A stretch of DNA of 64,000 bases from Roseomonas sp. (GCA_036499545.1 DASYDR010000095.1:396-64395), one strand, 5' to 3'. Shown: positions 35,235 to 45,516, counted from the first letter of the stretch. Notes: generated by a model not told the origin, from the sequence alone. Program-made: numbers and translations.

Positions 35235-36221
35235 TTAGTCAATACGGATTCCGGCTGCCCGGACCAGCGCGGCATGCCGCGCGAGTTCCTCCGCAAGCAA
35301 GACCGCAAGCCGCTCCGGCGGTCCTCCGAGGATGTCGAGACCGGCCGTTTCCAGCCGCGGCCGCGCCGCCGGATCGGCCAGCACCGCGTTCATCGCCGCG
35401 TTGCAGGCGGCGATCACCGGCGCCGGGGTGCCCTTCGGCGCCAGCAGGCCGAACCAGGTGCCGAAGACCAGGCCGGGCATGCCGAGCTCCGCGCTGGTCG
35501 GCACATCGGGCAGGGTGGGGCTGCGGGTCTCCGACAGCATGGCGATCGCCCGCACCTGCCCGGCGCGCACCTGGCCGGCGGTGCCGGTGACCAGGTTGAA
35601 CATCGCCTGCAGCCGGCCCGCCATCAGGTCGGTCATCGCGGCCGCCGGCGCGGCATAGGGGACATGCACCAGGTCGGTATGCGTCTCCTGCCGGAAGAGC
35701 TCGCCCGCGAGATGCATGGAACTGCCATTGCCGGAGGAGCCGTAGTTGATGCGCCCGGGATTGGCGCGGGCATAGGCGGTGAATTCGGCCAGGTCGTGCA
35801 CCGGCAGGTCGCGGTTCACCACCAGGATGTTAGGCACGTTGCCGATCAGGATGACCGGGTCGAAATCGCGCACAGGGTCGAAAGGCAGGTCGCGGTAGAG
35901 CGCCGGGTTGGTGGCGAGCGTCCCGGCCCAGGACCAGAGGAAAGTGTAGCCGTCAGGCGCGCTGCGGGCGGCGGCCTGGGCGCCGATATTGCCGTTGGCG
36001 CCGCCGCGGTTGTCGACCACGAAGCGCTGCGGCAGGCGCTTGTCCAGTTCCTGCGCCACGATCCGGGCCAGGGTGTCGGCGGTGCCGCCGCCGCCGGGCG
36101 CCGGCAGGATGATGCGCACCGGCCGCACCGGCCAGTCGCCGGCCTCGGCGGCGGCGCGCGCGGCGAGGCCGGCAGCGGGCAGGGCGGTCAGCAGGGCGCG
36201 GCGGTGGATGGGCATCGGCAT
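35235..36221 (-). CDS. Bug/TctC substrate-binding protein
   Basis: HRRALLT leader, ILPAPGGGGTAD, NRGGANGNIG, APDGYTF, YGSSGNGSSMHL, HVPY. Confidence 0.92.
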   Translation of the reverse strand: MPMPIHRRALLTALPAAGLAARAAAEAGDWPVRPVRIILPAPGGGGTADTLARIVAQELDKRLPQRFVVDNRGGANGNIGAQAAARSAPDGYTFLWSWAGTLATNPALYRDLPFDPVRDFDPVILIGNVPNILVVNRDLPVHDLAEFTAYARANPGRINYGSSGNGSSMHLAGELFRQETHTDLVHVPYAAPAAAMTDLMAGRLQAMFNLVTGTAGQVRAGQVRAIAMLSETRSPTLPDVPTSAELGMPGLVFGTWFGLLAPKGTPAPVIAACNAAMNAVLADPAARPRLETAGLDILGGPPERLAVLLAEELARHAALVRAAGIRID

Positions 36222-36300
36222 TCCTTGCGAACAGCCCTGGCAGCGCAGTCATTCTCCTGGCGCGGGGCTGACTTGCAAGCGGCTTGTGAGATAACGTAAT

Positions 36301-36315
36301 TGCAAATCACTCGCA
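36301..36315. promoter_or_regulatory. Fur-type 7-1-7 box
   Basis: TGCAAAT-C-ACTCGCA, 2 mismatches from the perfect TGCGAAT-N-ATTCGCA upstream of hemP. Lies between Bug and exbB. Confidence 0.6.
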
Positions 36316-36628
36316 GTTGGGCTTCAAGCCTACTGCACGCCGTGCCCGGGAGGTGGCCAAGTCATGATCCGTGCGCTCCCCCCTGTCTTGCGCGTCCTCC
36401 GCGCTGCGGGGAGTGGCTTGGTTTCCTCCTTGGGAGGGACGGCAGGCGATACGCCGCATCCCTGATGCGGCGACTGGCCGGTGGCGGCGGAGACCGCCCT
36501 GGCGAGGAATATCCGGGTGCATGGGTGGAGGCCCCGCCGCTCTGCGGTACGGGGGACTTGGCCGTTCGGCGGCCTCGGTGTGATCGGGCGCATCGCGTCC
36601 GGAGCAGGAAGCAGGAAGTAGATTAGGC

Positions 36629-37300
36629 ATGATCCCGCACGGACCCGACCTCTCGCTGACCACGCTGATTCTCACCGCCGATCCGGTGGTGAAGTCGGTG
36701 ATGGCGCTGCTGGTGCTGGCCTCGATCGCCTGCTGGGGCGTGATGATCGAGAAATTCATCAGCTTCGGCCGCCTGGCGCGCGAGGCGCGCGCGATCAAGG
36801 AGATCGAGCAGCCGCAGGGCGACGGCCTGGCCGCCGAGGTGCTGCGCGCCGGCGGCGCCGAATGGCGCGAAGGCCGTGATGATGAGGAGAGTGGCGGCGA
36901 GTTCCGCGACCGGATCGAACGCGCGATGCGCAGCGTCTTCGCCGCGCGCATGCGCCTGGCCGAGCATGGGCTGCCGATCCTGGCCACCACCGGGTCCGTC
37001 GCGCCCTTCGTCGGGCTGTTCGGCACCGTCTGGGGCATCATGAACAGCTTCGCCGGCATCGCGGCGCGCCAGGATACCAGCCTGGCGACCGTCGCCCCCG
37101 GTATCGCCGAAGCGCTTTTCGCCACCGCGATCGGCCTGGCCGCCGCGATCCCGGCGGTGATGGCCTATAATCGCTGCGCGGTCCGCCTCGGCCGTATCCG
37201 GGCGGAGGGCTATTCGGCGATCGGCACCATCGCGCAGCGCCTGGCACGCCGGCCGCGCGTGGCGCGGCCCGCCGCGGTGCGCGGCGCGGCGGCGGAGTAA
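36629..37300 (+). CDS. exbB: MotA/TolQ/ExbB proton channel
   Basis: LATTGSVAPFVGLFGTVWGIMNSF..VAPGIAEALFATAIGLAAAIPAVMAYN. Confidence 0.92.
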   Translation: MIPHGPDLSLTTLILTADPVVKSVMALLVLASIACWGVMIEKFISFGRLAREARAIKEIEQPQGDGLAAEVLRAGGAEWREGRDDEESGGEFRDRIERAMRSVFAARMRLAEHGLPILATTGSVAPFVGLFGTVWGIMNSFAGIAARQDTSLATVAPGIAEALFATAIGLAAAIPAVMAYNRCAVRLGRIRAEGYSAIGTIAQRLARRPRVARPAAVRGAAAE

Positions 37301-37305
37301 CCGCC

Positions 37306-37836
37306 ATGGCCATGGGCTCGATGTCGGGCGGCGGTGGCGATGACGAGGAAGGCGGCACCCCCGTCTCCGAGATCAACGTCACGCCGCTGGTCGATGTCAT
37401 GCTGGTGCTGCTGGTCATCTTCATGGTGGCGGCGCCGATGTTGACGACCGGCGTGCAGGTGAACCTGCCGCGCACCGCGGCCGCGGCCCTGTCGCCGCCG
37501 AAGCCGCCGCTCGAGATTTCGATCGATCCGCAGGGCGGCATCTTCATCGCCCGCGATCAGGTGGAGGAAGCGGCGCTGCCCGAGCGCCTGGCCGCCATCC
37601 ACACCGAGGATCCGGAGCGTGCCGTGCACCTGCGCGCCGACCGGGCGCTGGAATATGGCACCGTGCTGCGGGTGATGGCGCTGGTGACCCGCGCCGGCAT
37701 CACCCGCGTCGCCCTGGTCTCGACCCCGGCCCCGGCCGGCGGCGCGCCGGCCGTGCCGGTAGCGGCCCCTGCGCAGGCGCCCGCCGACGCGCCGCCCGCG
37801 GCGGCACCGGCGCCCGCGACCAGCGCAGCACCCTGA
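37306..37836 (+). CDS. exbD: ExbD/TolR biopolymer transport protein
   Basis: EINVTPLVDVMLVLLVIFMVAAP..VNLP..LRADRALEYG.V..VM, with an Ala/Pro-rich tail. Confidence 0.92.
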   Translation: MAMGSMSGGGGDDEEGGTPVSEINVTPLVDVMLVLLVIFMVAAPMLTTGVQVNLPRTAAAALSPPKPPLEISIDPQGGIFIARDQVEEAALPERLAAIHTEDPERAVHLRADRALEYGTVLRVMALVTRAGITRVALVSTPAPAGGAPAVPVAAPAQAPADAPPAAAPAPATSAAP

Positions 37837-37837
37837 G

Positions 37838-38656
37838 ATGCGGCGTATCGGATGGCTGGCCTACGGCGCCTCGGCGCTGGTGCATGGTGCCGCCCTGGTG
37901 TTCCTGCTGGCCGCCGCGGAGGTGCCGCCGCCCGACGAGGTAATCCCGGTCGAGATGGCGCTGCCAGATCCCACGCCAGAGCCTGAGCCGGCCGCCCCCG
38001 ACCCAGTTCCCGAGCCGGAGCAGGTGCAGGAAGCGACCCCGCCGCCGCCCGAGCCGGTGCAGCCGATCGCCGAGCCCGAGCCGGTGCAGGAACCGCCGCC
38101 GCCCGAGCCACCGCCGCCGGAACCCGATCCGCCGCCGCCGGAGCCGCCGCCGCCCGAACCCCCGCCGCCGCCGGACGAGCCGGTGGTGGAGCCGCCCCCG
38201 CCGCCTCCGCCGCCACCCCCCCCGCGGCCGACGCCGCCGCGGCCGCGCCCGCCGCGTCCGGCACCGCCGCGCCCGACCCCGGCCGCGGTCGAACCGGCGG
38301 CCCCCGCGCCCGCTGCGCCGGCACCCGCCGTCGCGGCCCCTGCGCAGGCCCGGACGGCCGCGGCGCCGAGCCCGAACTACGTCCGCGCCCTGCTGTCGGC
38401 GCTGGAGCGGCACAAGCGCTACCCGGATGCGGCGCGGGCCCGCCGGTCCCAGGGTGTCGCGATCCTGCGCATGGCGCTCGGCCCTGACGGCCGCGTGCTG
38501 AACTGGCGGATCCTGCAGAGCGCCGGTGACCCGCAACTCGACGAAGCGGTCGGCGCCATGGTGCAGGCGGCGTCCCCGCTGCCGGCCCCGCCGGCGGAGA
38601 TGCTGACCGGCGGCACCCTGGAGTTGACGGTGCCGGTCCGCTTCGCGATCCGCTGA
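37838..38656 (+). CDS. tonB: TonB energy transducer
   Basis: N-terminal TM with SALVH (SHLS-like motif), Pro/Glu then Pro/Arg linker, and C-terminal YPDAARARRSQG..GRV..SAGDPQLDEA..VPVRF. Confidence 0.9.
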   Translation: MRRIGWLAYGASALVHGAALVFLLAAAEVPPPDEVIPVEMALPDPTPEPEPAAPDPVPEPEQVQEATPPPPEPVQPIAEPEPVQEPPPPEPPPPEPDPPPPEPPPPEPPPPPDEPVVEPPPPPPPPPPPRPTPPRPRPPRPAPPRPTPAAVEPAAPAPAAPAPAVAAPAQARTAAAPSPNYVRALLSALERHKRYPDAARARRSQGVAILRMALGPDGRVLNWRILQSAGDPQLDEAVGAMVQAASPLPAPPAEMLTGGTLELTVPVRFAIR

Positions 38657-38830
38657 GGCCCCCGGGCCGACATCCGGCGGCCGCAGGCCGCCCACCAGCC
38701 CCTGCGGAGCGAGCGTAGCGATGCTCCGGGGCCGCGCATGCGGCCCCGCGCCAGACCATCAGCCGCGCCGGGTGCGGCCTGACAGCGCGGCAGCCAAGCG
38801 GCCGGAGGCCGCGCCCGGCGCCTGAGGGTC
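38656..38830. repeat. Dispersed multi-hairpin intergenic element, copy 1
   Basis: Shares CTGCGGAGCG, GCGATGCTCCGGGGCCGC, ATGCGGCCCCGCGC, GACAGCGCG-CAGCCAAGC and GCGCCCGGCGCCT-AGGG with 59712-59872. Confidence 0.8.
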
Positions 38831-38839
38831 CCCAAAACC

Positions 38840-38901
38840 CTGTCATCCAATGGTTACCCTGGCTTCATTGCTCTGTCGCCGGGCGCACGCTAACCCGTCA
38901 C
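38840..38901 (+). promoter_or_regulatory. Pho box array upstream of the olsA-like gene
   Basis: CTGTCAT-ccaa-TGGTTAC-cctg-GCTTCAT-tgct-CTGTCGC (units at 38840, 38851, 38862, 38873), plus an in-phase CCGTCAC at 38895. Confidence 0.75.
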
Positions 38902-38904
38902 TCT

Positions 38905-39834
38905 ATGGACATGGCCCTGCGATCCGTTCCCGGCAGCGAGTCGCCGGCGCCCGCGCCCGCCGGGGGCACCCGTAGCCGCCGCCGGCTGCCCCTGCGTTTC
39001 CGCCCCTGGCTGCGCACCCCGATCTGGGGCGACGTGATGGAGCCGCGGCCGCTTGGCGGTCGCATCCGCGCGGTGCGGCGCATCGCCTGCGCCCTGATCT
39101 GGACGCTGATCGCGGTGCCGATCCAGGCGCTGCTGCTGTTGTTGCCCGGCCAGCCCAAGGTCACCTTCGCGCGCATCTATCACCGCGTGCTCTGTGCCCT
39201 GATCGGCATCCGCGTGCAGGTGGTGGGCGCGCCGGCGCGCGGCGGCCGGGTGCTGTTCCTGTCCAATCACACCTCCTGGCTGGATATCCTGGTGCTCGGC
39301 GGCGTGCTCGAGGCGTGCTTCGTCGCCAAGGCGGAAGTCGGGCAATGGCCGGTGGTGCGCACCATCGCGCGGCTCGGCCGCACGGTCTTCGTCAGCCGGC
39401 GCCGCGGCAGCACCGCACGCGAAGCGGATGCGATGCGGTCGCGCCTGATCGATGGCGACAACCTGATCCTCTTTCCCGAAGGCACCTCCAACGACGGCAC
39501 CCGCACGCTGCCCTTCCGCAGCGCCTTCCTGGCGGTGGCGGCGGAAGCGCGGCTCGTGCAGCCGGTGTCGCTGGTCTATGACCGGCTGGGCGGCCTGCCG
39601 GCCTGCCGGCGCGACCGGCCGCTCTTCGCCTGGTATGGCGACATGGATATCGGCAGCCATTTCTGGCGCATCGCCCGCCGCTCCGGCGCCCGCGCCACGG
39701 TGTTGCTGCATACGCCGGTCGATCCCGCCGGGATCACCGACCGCAAGGTGCTGACCCAGCGGGTCGAAGCGGTGGTCGCCGCCGGCGCTGCGCAGCTCCG
39801 CCAGAACCGTCCGCCGGTGGTGCTCAGCGCGTGA
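38905..39834 (+). CDS. olsA: PlsC-family acyltransferase, probable lyso-ornithine-lipid O-acyltransferase
   Basis: SNHTSWLD (HxxxxD), FVAKAEV..WP and LFPEGTS. Lies directly upstream of miaB-phoH-ybeY-corC-lnt, as olsA does in Sinorhizobium (from memory), and has Pho boxes. Confidence 0.75.
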   Translation: MDMALRSVPGSESPAPAPAGGTRSRRRLPLRFRPWLRTPIWGDVMEPRPLGGRIRAVRRIACALIWTLIAVPIQALLLLLPGQPKVTFARIYHRVLCALIGIRVQVVGAPARGGRVLFLSNHTSWLDILVLGGVLEACFVAKAEVGQWPVVRTIARLGRTVFVSRRRGSTAREADAMRSRLIDGDNLILFPEGTSNDGTRTLPFRSAFLAVAAEARLVQPVSLVYDRLGGLPACRRDRPLFAWYGDMDIGSHFWRIARRSGARATVLLHTPVDPAGITDRKVLTQRVEAVVAAGAAQLRQNRPPVVLSA

Positions 39835-40020
39835 CGCGGCCGGGGCGGGCTGCCGCCTTCGGCGGGCTGTCATTCCGCCGTGCTTGACCTCGCTGCCCGC
39901 GAAACCCCACGATTCGAGCCATGAAGCGTCGAGTCGCTTGACCCTGGGCCGGTGCCCGCGCATCTCCACCGTTTCTTCCCGCGCCATGCCGGGCCCGGGT
40001 CGAGCGGAGTGTTTCCTGTG

Positions 40021-41414
40021 ATGCCGAGCGACGCGCCTCCCCCCAAGAAGCGGCTGCTGATCCGCACCTGGGGCTGCCAGATGAACGTGTACGACAGCGC
40101 CCGCATGGCGGATGTGCTGGCGCCGCTCGGCTATGCGCCCGCCGAGGCGCCGGAGGAGGCCGACATGGTCATCCTCAACACCTGCCACATCCGGGAAAAG
40201 GCGGCGGAGAAGGTTTTCTCCGACCTCGGCCGCCTGCGCGGCGTCAAGGAGGAGAAGGCGGCCCGCGGCGAACGCATGATCCTGGCCGTCGCCGGTTGCG
40301 TGGCGCAGGCGGAGGGGGCGGAAATCATCGCCCGCGCTCCCTATGTGGATATCGTGCTCGGCCCCCAGACCTATCATCGGCTGCCGGAGATGGTGGCGCG
40401 CGCCAGCCGTGCGGCCGGCGCGGTGATCGAGACCGACTTCCCCGCCGAGGACAAGTTCGACCACCTGCCGGAGACGGTGCAGGCCAGCGGCCCGATCGCC
40501 TTCCTGACCGTGCAGGAGGGCTGCGACAAGTTCTGCTCCTTCTGCGTCGTCCCCTATACCCGCGGGGCGGAGTTCAGCCGCCCCGCCGCCCAGGTCCTGG
40601 CGGAAGCCCGGCGGCTGGTGGCCCGCGGCGCGCGGGAGATCGCGCTGCTGGGTCAGAATGTGAACGCCTATCACGGCGCCGGGCCGGATGGCCGCGAATG
40701 GGGCCTCGGGCGGCTGCTGCGGGAAGTGTCGGCGATCCCCGGGCTGGCGCGGCTGCGCTATACCACCAGCCATCCGCGCGACATGGATGACGACCTGATC
40801 GCGGCCCATGCCGAACTGCCGGGCCTCATGCCCTTCCTGCACCTGCCGGTGCAATCGGGCAGCGACCGCATGCTGGCCGCCATGAACCGTGGCCACAAGG
40901 CGGCGGATTTCCTGCGCGTGGTGGAGAAGCTGCGGGCGGCGCGGCCGGACATCGCCCTGTCGTCGGATTTCATCGCCGGGCATCCGGGCGAGAGCGATGC
41001 CGATCACGCCGCGACCATGGCCCTGATCCGGGAGGTCGGCTTCGCCCAGGCCTTCAGCTTCAAGTATTCCGCGCGTCCGGGCACGCCCGCCGCCGGCGCC
41101 GGGCTGCAGGTCGCCGAGGCGGTGAAGGATGCCCGCCTGGCCGAGATCCAGGCGCTGCTGCGCGAACAGCAGGAAGCCTTCAACCGCTCCCGCGCCGGGC
41201 TCGAGATGCTGGTGCTCTGCACCGGTCCCGCGCGGCATCCGGGCCAGATGGCCGGGCGCTCACCCTGGCTGCAGCCGGTGCATTTCGACGCCCCCGCGCA
41301 TCTCGCGGGGCAGCTCGTGCCGGTGCGGATCACCGCCGGCCAGACCAATTCCCTCGCCGCCGAATGGCTCGGCGGCGCGGCGGAACCACCCCCGTTGCAG
41401 GAGATCAGAGCCGC

Positions 41415-41418
<4 letters not shown>
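40021..41418 (+). CDS. miaB: tRNA-2-methylthio-N6-dimethylallyladenosine synthase
   Basis: [29 protein letters not shown], radical-[19 protein letters not shown]-terminal TRAM domain. Confidence 0.96.
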
Positions 41419-42480
<1,062 letters not shown>

Positions 42481-42497
<17 letters not shown>

Positions 42498-43005
42498 CCG
42501 ACCCGGCCGGGGACGCAAGGCGCGTCCGGTGGCTGGGTTCCGGTCGGAGGCTTCGGATATCGAGGTCTCCGTGATGATCGCGGCGCCCGGATGGCGCGCC
42601 GCCGTGCAGCGGGTCGAGCGTCTCGCGCGCCGCGCCGCGCTGGCCGCGCTCATGGAAGCGGGCCGGACGGGCGCCATGACCGTGCTGCTGGCCGATGACC
42701 GGGCGCTCCGGCGCCTCAATGGCGGCTACCGCGGCAAGGCCAAGCCAACCAACGTGCTGTCCTTCCCGTCCGGGGTGCCGCGGCATCTCGGCGATGTCGC
42801 ACTGGCACTCGGCGTGGTGCGGCGGGAAGCGCGCGGCGCCGGGCGGCGCACCCACGCGCATCTGGCGCATCTGGTCGCGCATGGGGCGCTGCACCTCGCC
42901 GGACATGATCATATCCTGGCCGGGGAAGCGCGGCGGATGGAGCGGGCGGAAGCGCGCGTGATGCGCCGCCTTGGCCTGCCCAACCCCTGGCGGGGCCTGA
43001 CATGA
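42481..43005 (+). CDS. ybeY: rRNA maturation RNase YbeY
   Basis: LNGGYRGKAKPTNVLSFP, LGDVAL, and HGALHLAGHDH metal motif. Confidence 0.93.
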
Positions 43006-43913
43006 ACGGCCACCATGACGATCCGGCCCGCAACGGGCTGCTCTGGCGCCTGCAGGGCCTGCTGCGCCGGCGCGAGGCCGAGAGCGTGCGCGACCGTGTC
43101 GAGGAGCTGATCGAAGCACGCGACGCACCGCCCCGCGACGGTGAGGTGGCGCTGCCCGACACCACCGGCCTCGACCCGCATGAGCGGGCGCTGCTCGGTA
43201 ATGTCCTGAAGCTGCGCGGCAAGACCGCCTATGACGTGATGGTGCCGCGCGCCGACATCATGGCGATGGCGATCGACCTGACGCTCGACCAGGCGATCGA
43301 CTTCATCCAGCGCGACGGCCACAGCCGCTACCCGGTGTATCGCGAGAATCTCGACGACATCCTGGGCATGATCCACATCAAGGACGTCTTCGCCGCGGTC
43401 GGCCGCGACGGGCCCTTCAGCCTGCAGGCGATGCTGCGCCGGCCGTTGCTGGTGGTGCCCTCCGTCCCCGTGCTGGACCTGTTGCTGCAGATGCGCCAGG
43501 CGCGGGTGCATCTGGCGCTGGTGGTCGACGAATATGGCGGCATCGACGGGCTGGTGACGATCGAGGATTTGGTCGAGACCATCACCGGCGATATCGCCGA
43601 TGAGCATGACGAGGTGCTGGCGCCGCAGATCATCGAACGTCCCGATGGCGCCTTCGAGATGGATGCGCGCACCCCGGTCGAGGCCTTCGAGGAACGGCTC
43701 GGCGAAGTGCTGACCGAGGAGGAGCGCGGCGCCGATATCGACACCGTGGGCGGCCTCGTCTTCACTCTGGCCGGCCGCGTGCCGGCGAAGGGGGAACTGG
43801 TCTCGCATCCTTCGGGGCTCGAGTTCCGGGTGCTGGATGCGGATCCGCGCCGCATCCGGCGGGTGCGGGTCAGGCGTCCGGGCGCACCGGAGCGCGCACA
43901 GGCGGCGGAATAG
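43002..43913 (+). CDS. corC: CBS/CorC-HlyC domain Mg/Co efflux-associated protein
   Basis: DVMVPRADI, HSRYPVYRENLDDILG, HLALVVDEYGGIDGLVTIEDLVE..GDI.DEHD, DTVGGLV. Confidence 0.92.
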   Translation: MNGHHDDPARNGLLWRLQGLLRRREAESVRDRVEELIEARDAPPRDGEVALPDTTGLDPHERALLGNVLKLRGKTAYDVMVPRADIMAMAIDLTLDQAIDFIQRDGHSRYPVYRENLDDILGMIHIKDVFAAVGRDGPFSLQAMLRRPLLVVPSVPVLDLLLQMRQARVHLALVVDEYGGIDGLVTIEDLVETITGDIADEHDEVLAPQIIERPDGAFEMDARTPVEAFEERLGEVLTEEERGADIDTVGGLVFTLAGRVPAKGELVSHPSGLEFRVLDADPRRIRRVRVRRPGAPERAQAAE

Positions 43914-43980
43914 CGCCTCCCGGGCGAAGTATCTTCGGCGCACGGTGGACGGCGCGCCGGAGCACGGCTAACCCCAGGAT

Positions 43981-45516
43981 GTGATCCGTTCCTTCTTCTT
44001 CCACCTCGCCAACCGGCGAGGCTGGCGCGCCCTCGCCACCGCCTTCGGGCTGGGGCTGCTGGCGGCACTGGCATTGCCGCCGGTGCATGCGGTGCCGGTG
44101 CTGCTGATCGCCATCCCCGGGCTGCTGGTGATGCTCGGGGCGACGCCGGGCTGGAAACGCGCCGCGGTGATCGGCCTGTTCTGGGGCTGGGGCTTCTTCG
44201 TCGGCGGCCTCTACTGGATCACCTATGCGATCCTGACGGAGGTCGACCGCTTCTGGTGGCTGGTGCCGATCGCGGTGCCGGCCTTGTCACTACCGCTCGG
44301 CCTCTTCGTCGCGGCGCCCGCGGGGGCCGCGCGCCTCGTGCGGTCCGGCTGGCCGCGGCTGCTGGTCTTCACCGGCGTCTGGGTGCTGTCCGAACTGGTG
44401 CGCGGCCTGATTCTCACCGGCTTTCCCTGGAACCTGCTCGGCAGTGTCTGGGCCTTCGGCGCGCTGCCGGTGCAGGCGGCGGCCTTCATCGGCGTGCATG
44501 GCCTTTCGCTCGCGACCGTCCTGCTCGCGGGACTTCCCCTGCTCGGGCGGCGCGCGATGATCGGCGGCGCCGCGGCGCTGGCCGGCTTCGCGGCGCTGGG
44601 CGCCGCCCGCCTATGGCCGGAAGAACTCCCGCCGCAGCCGCTGCATGTGCTGCTGGTGCAAGGCAATGTCGCGCAGGACGTGAAGTGGCGCGCCGATGCG
44701 CGCGTGCCGATCTTCCGGCGCTACTTGGACCTGACGGCGACCGGCCTGCGCGATATCGAAGCGGCGGCGCCGGGCGCCCGCGTCGCGGTGATCTGGCCCG
44801 AAAGCGCGAGCCCCTTCCGCCTGGCCGAGGACGCCGAGGCCCGCGCCGCCGTCGCCGGTGTGCTGCACGAGCGCGCGACCTTGCTGGCCGGCGCGGTGAC
44901 GGTCGACTGGGGCGAGGACCGGCAGCCGCGGGCCGTCTATAACAGCCTGGTCGCGGTGACGCCGGACGGCGCCGTCGCCGGCCGGTACGACAAGGCGCAT
45001 CTGGTCCCCTTCGGCGAATACATGCCGCTGCGGGGCCTGCTGCCGATCCGCATCGTGCAGGGCGGGCTCGACTTCACGCCCGGTCCGGGGCTGGTGACCA
45101 TGGCGCCGGCCGGGCTGCCCGCCTTCTCCCCCTTGATCTGCTACGAGGTGATCTTCCCAGGTGCCGTGGTCGGGCCCGAACGGCCGCAATGGCTGGTGAA
45201 CATCACCAACGACGCCTGGTTCGGCCATTCCGCCGGCCCTTATCAGCACCTTGCGACGGCCCGGTTGCGGGCGGTGGAGGAAGGGCTGCCGGTCGCGCGG
45301 GCGGCGCAGACCGGAATCTCCGCGGTCTTCGATTCCCGCGGCCGGGAGGTGGCGTCGCTTCCGCTCGGCGGCATGGGCGTGGTCACTGCCCCGCTGCCCG
45401 CGCCGGGTCGACCCACACTCTTTGCGCGAACGGGACTTATCCTGCCTTGCCTGCTCGCTTTTCTCGCCATAATCGCGGGAGTTGTTCTTGGACGGCGCCG
45501 CGCGCGTCGCGGGTGA
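43981..45516 (+). CDS. lnt: Apolipoprotein N-acyltransferase
   Basis: TGFPWNLLG, VQGNV, IWPES (Glu), YDKAHLVPFGEY (Lys), ICYEVIFP (Cys), NITNDAWFG, LRAVEEG. Confidence 0.95.
   Translation: MIRSFFFHLANRRGWRALATAFGLGLLAALALPPVHAVPVLLIAIPGLLVMLGATPGWKRAAVIGLFWGWGFFVGGLYWITYAILTEVDRFWWLVPIAVPALSLPLGLFVAAPAGAARLVRSGWPRLLVFTGVWVLSELVRGLILTGFPWNLLGSVWAFGALPVQAAAFIGVHGLSLATVLLAGLPLLGRRAMIGGAAALAGFAALGAARLWPEELPPQPLHVLLVQGNVAQDVKWRADARVPIFRRYLDLTATGLRDIEAAAPGARVAVIWPESASPFRLAEDAEARAAVAGVLHERATLLAGAVTVDWGEDRQPRAVYNSLVAVTPDGAVAGRYDKAHLVPFGEYMPLRGLLPIRIVQGGLDFTPGPGLVTMAPAGLPAFSPLICYEVIFPGAVVGPERPQWLVNITNDAWFGHSAGPYQHLATARLRAVEEGLPVARAAQTGISAVFDSRGREVASLPLGGMGVVTAPLPAPGRPTLFARTGLILPCLLAFLAIIAGVVLGRRRARRG

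Noticed and set aside
35224-35238. CtrA-like TTAA-N7-TTAG site
   Set aside because: It has one mismatch, overlaps the Bug stop codon, and lies in an AT-rich patch where such matches arise easily. There is no cell-cycle context.
36316-36628. Cobalamin riboswitch or suhB/MmgR-family sRNA upstream of exbBD-tonB
   Set aside because: No B12-box (GCCACTG / GGGAA..CGGTG..CCCGCAACTGT) is visible. Only a partial TTTCCTCC resemblance to suhB-type RNAs is seen, so no family call is made. It is kept as an unassigned candidate.
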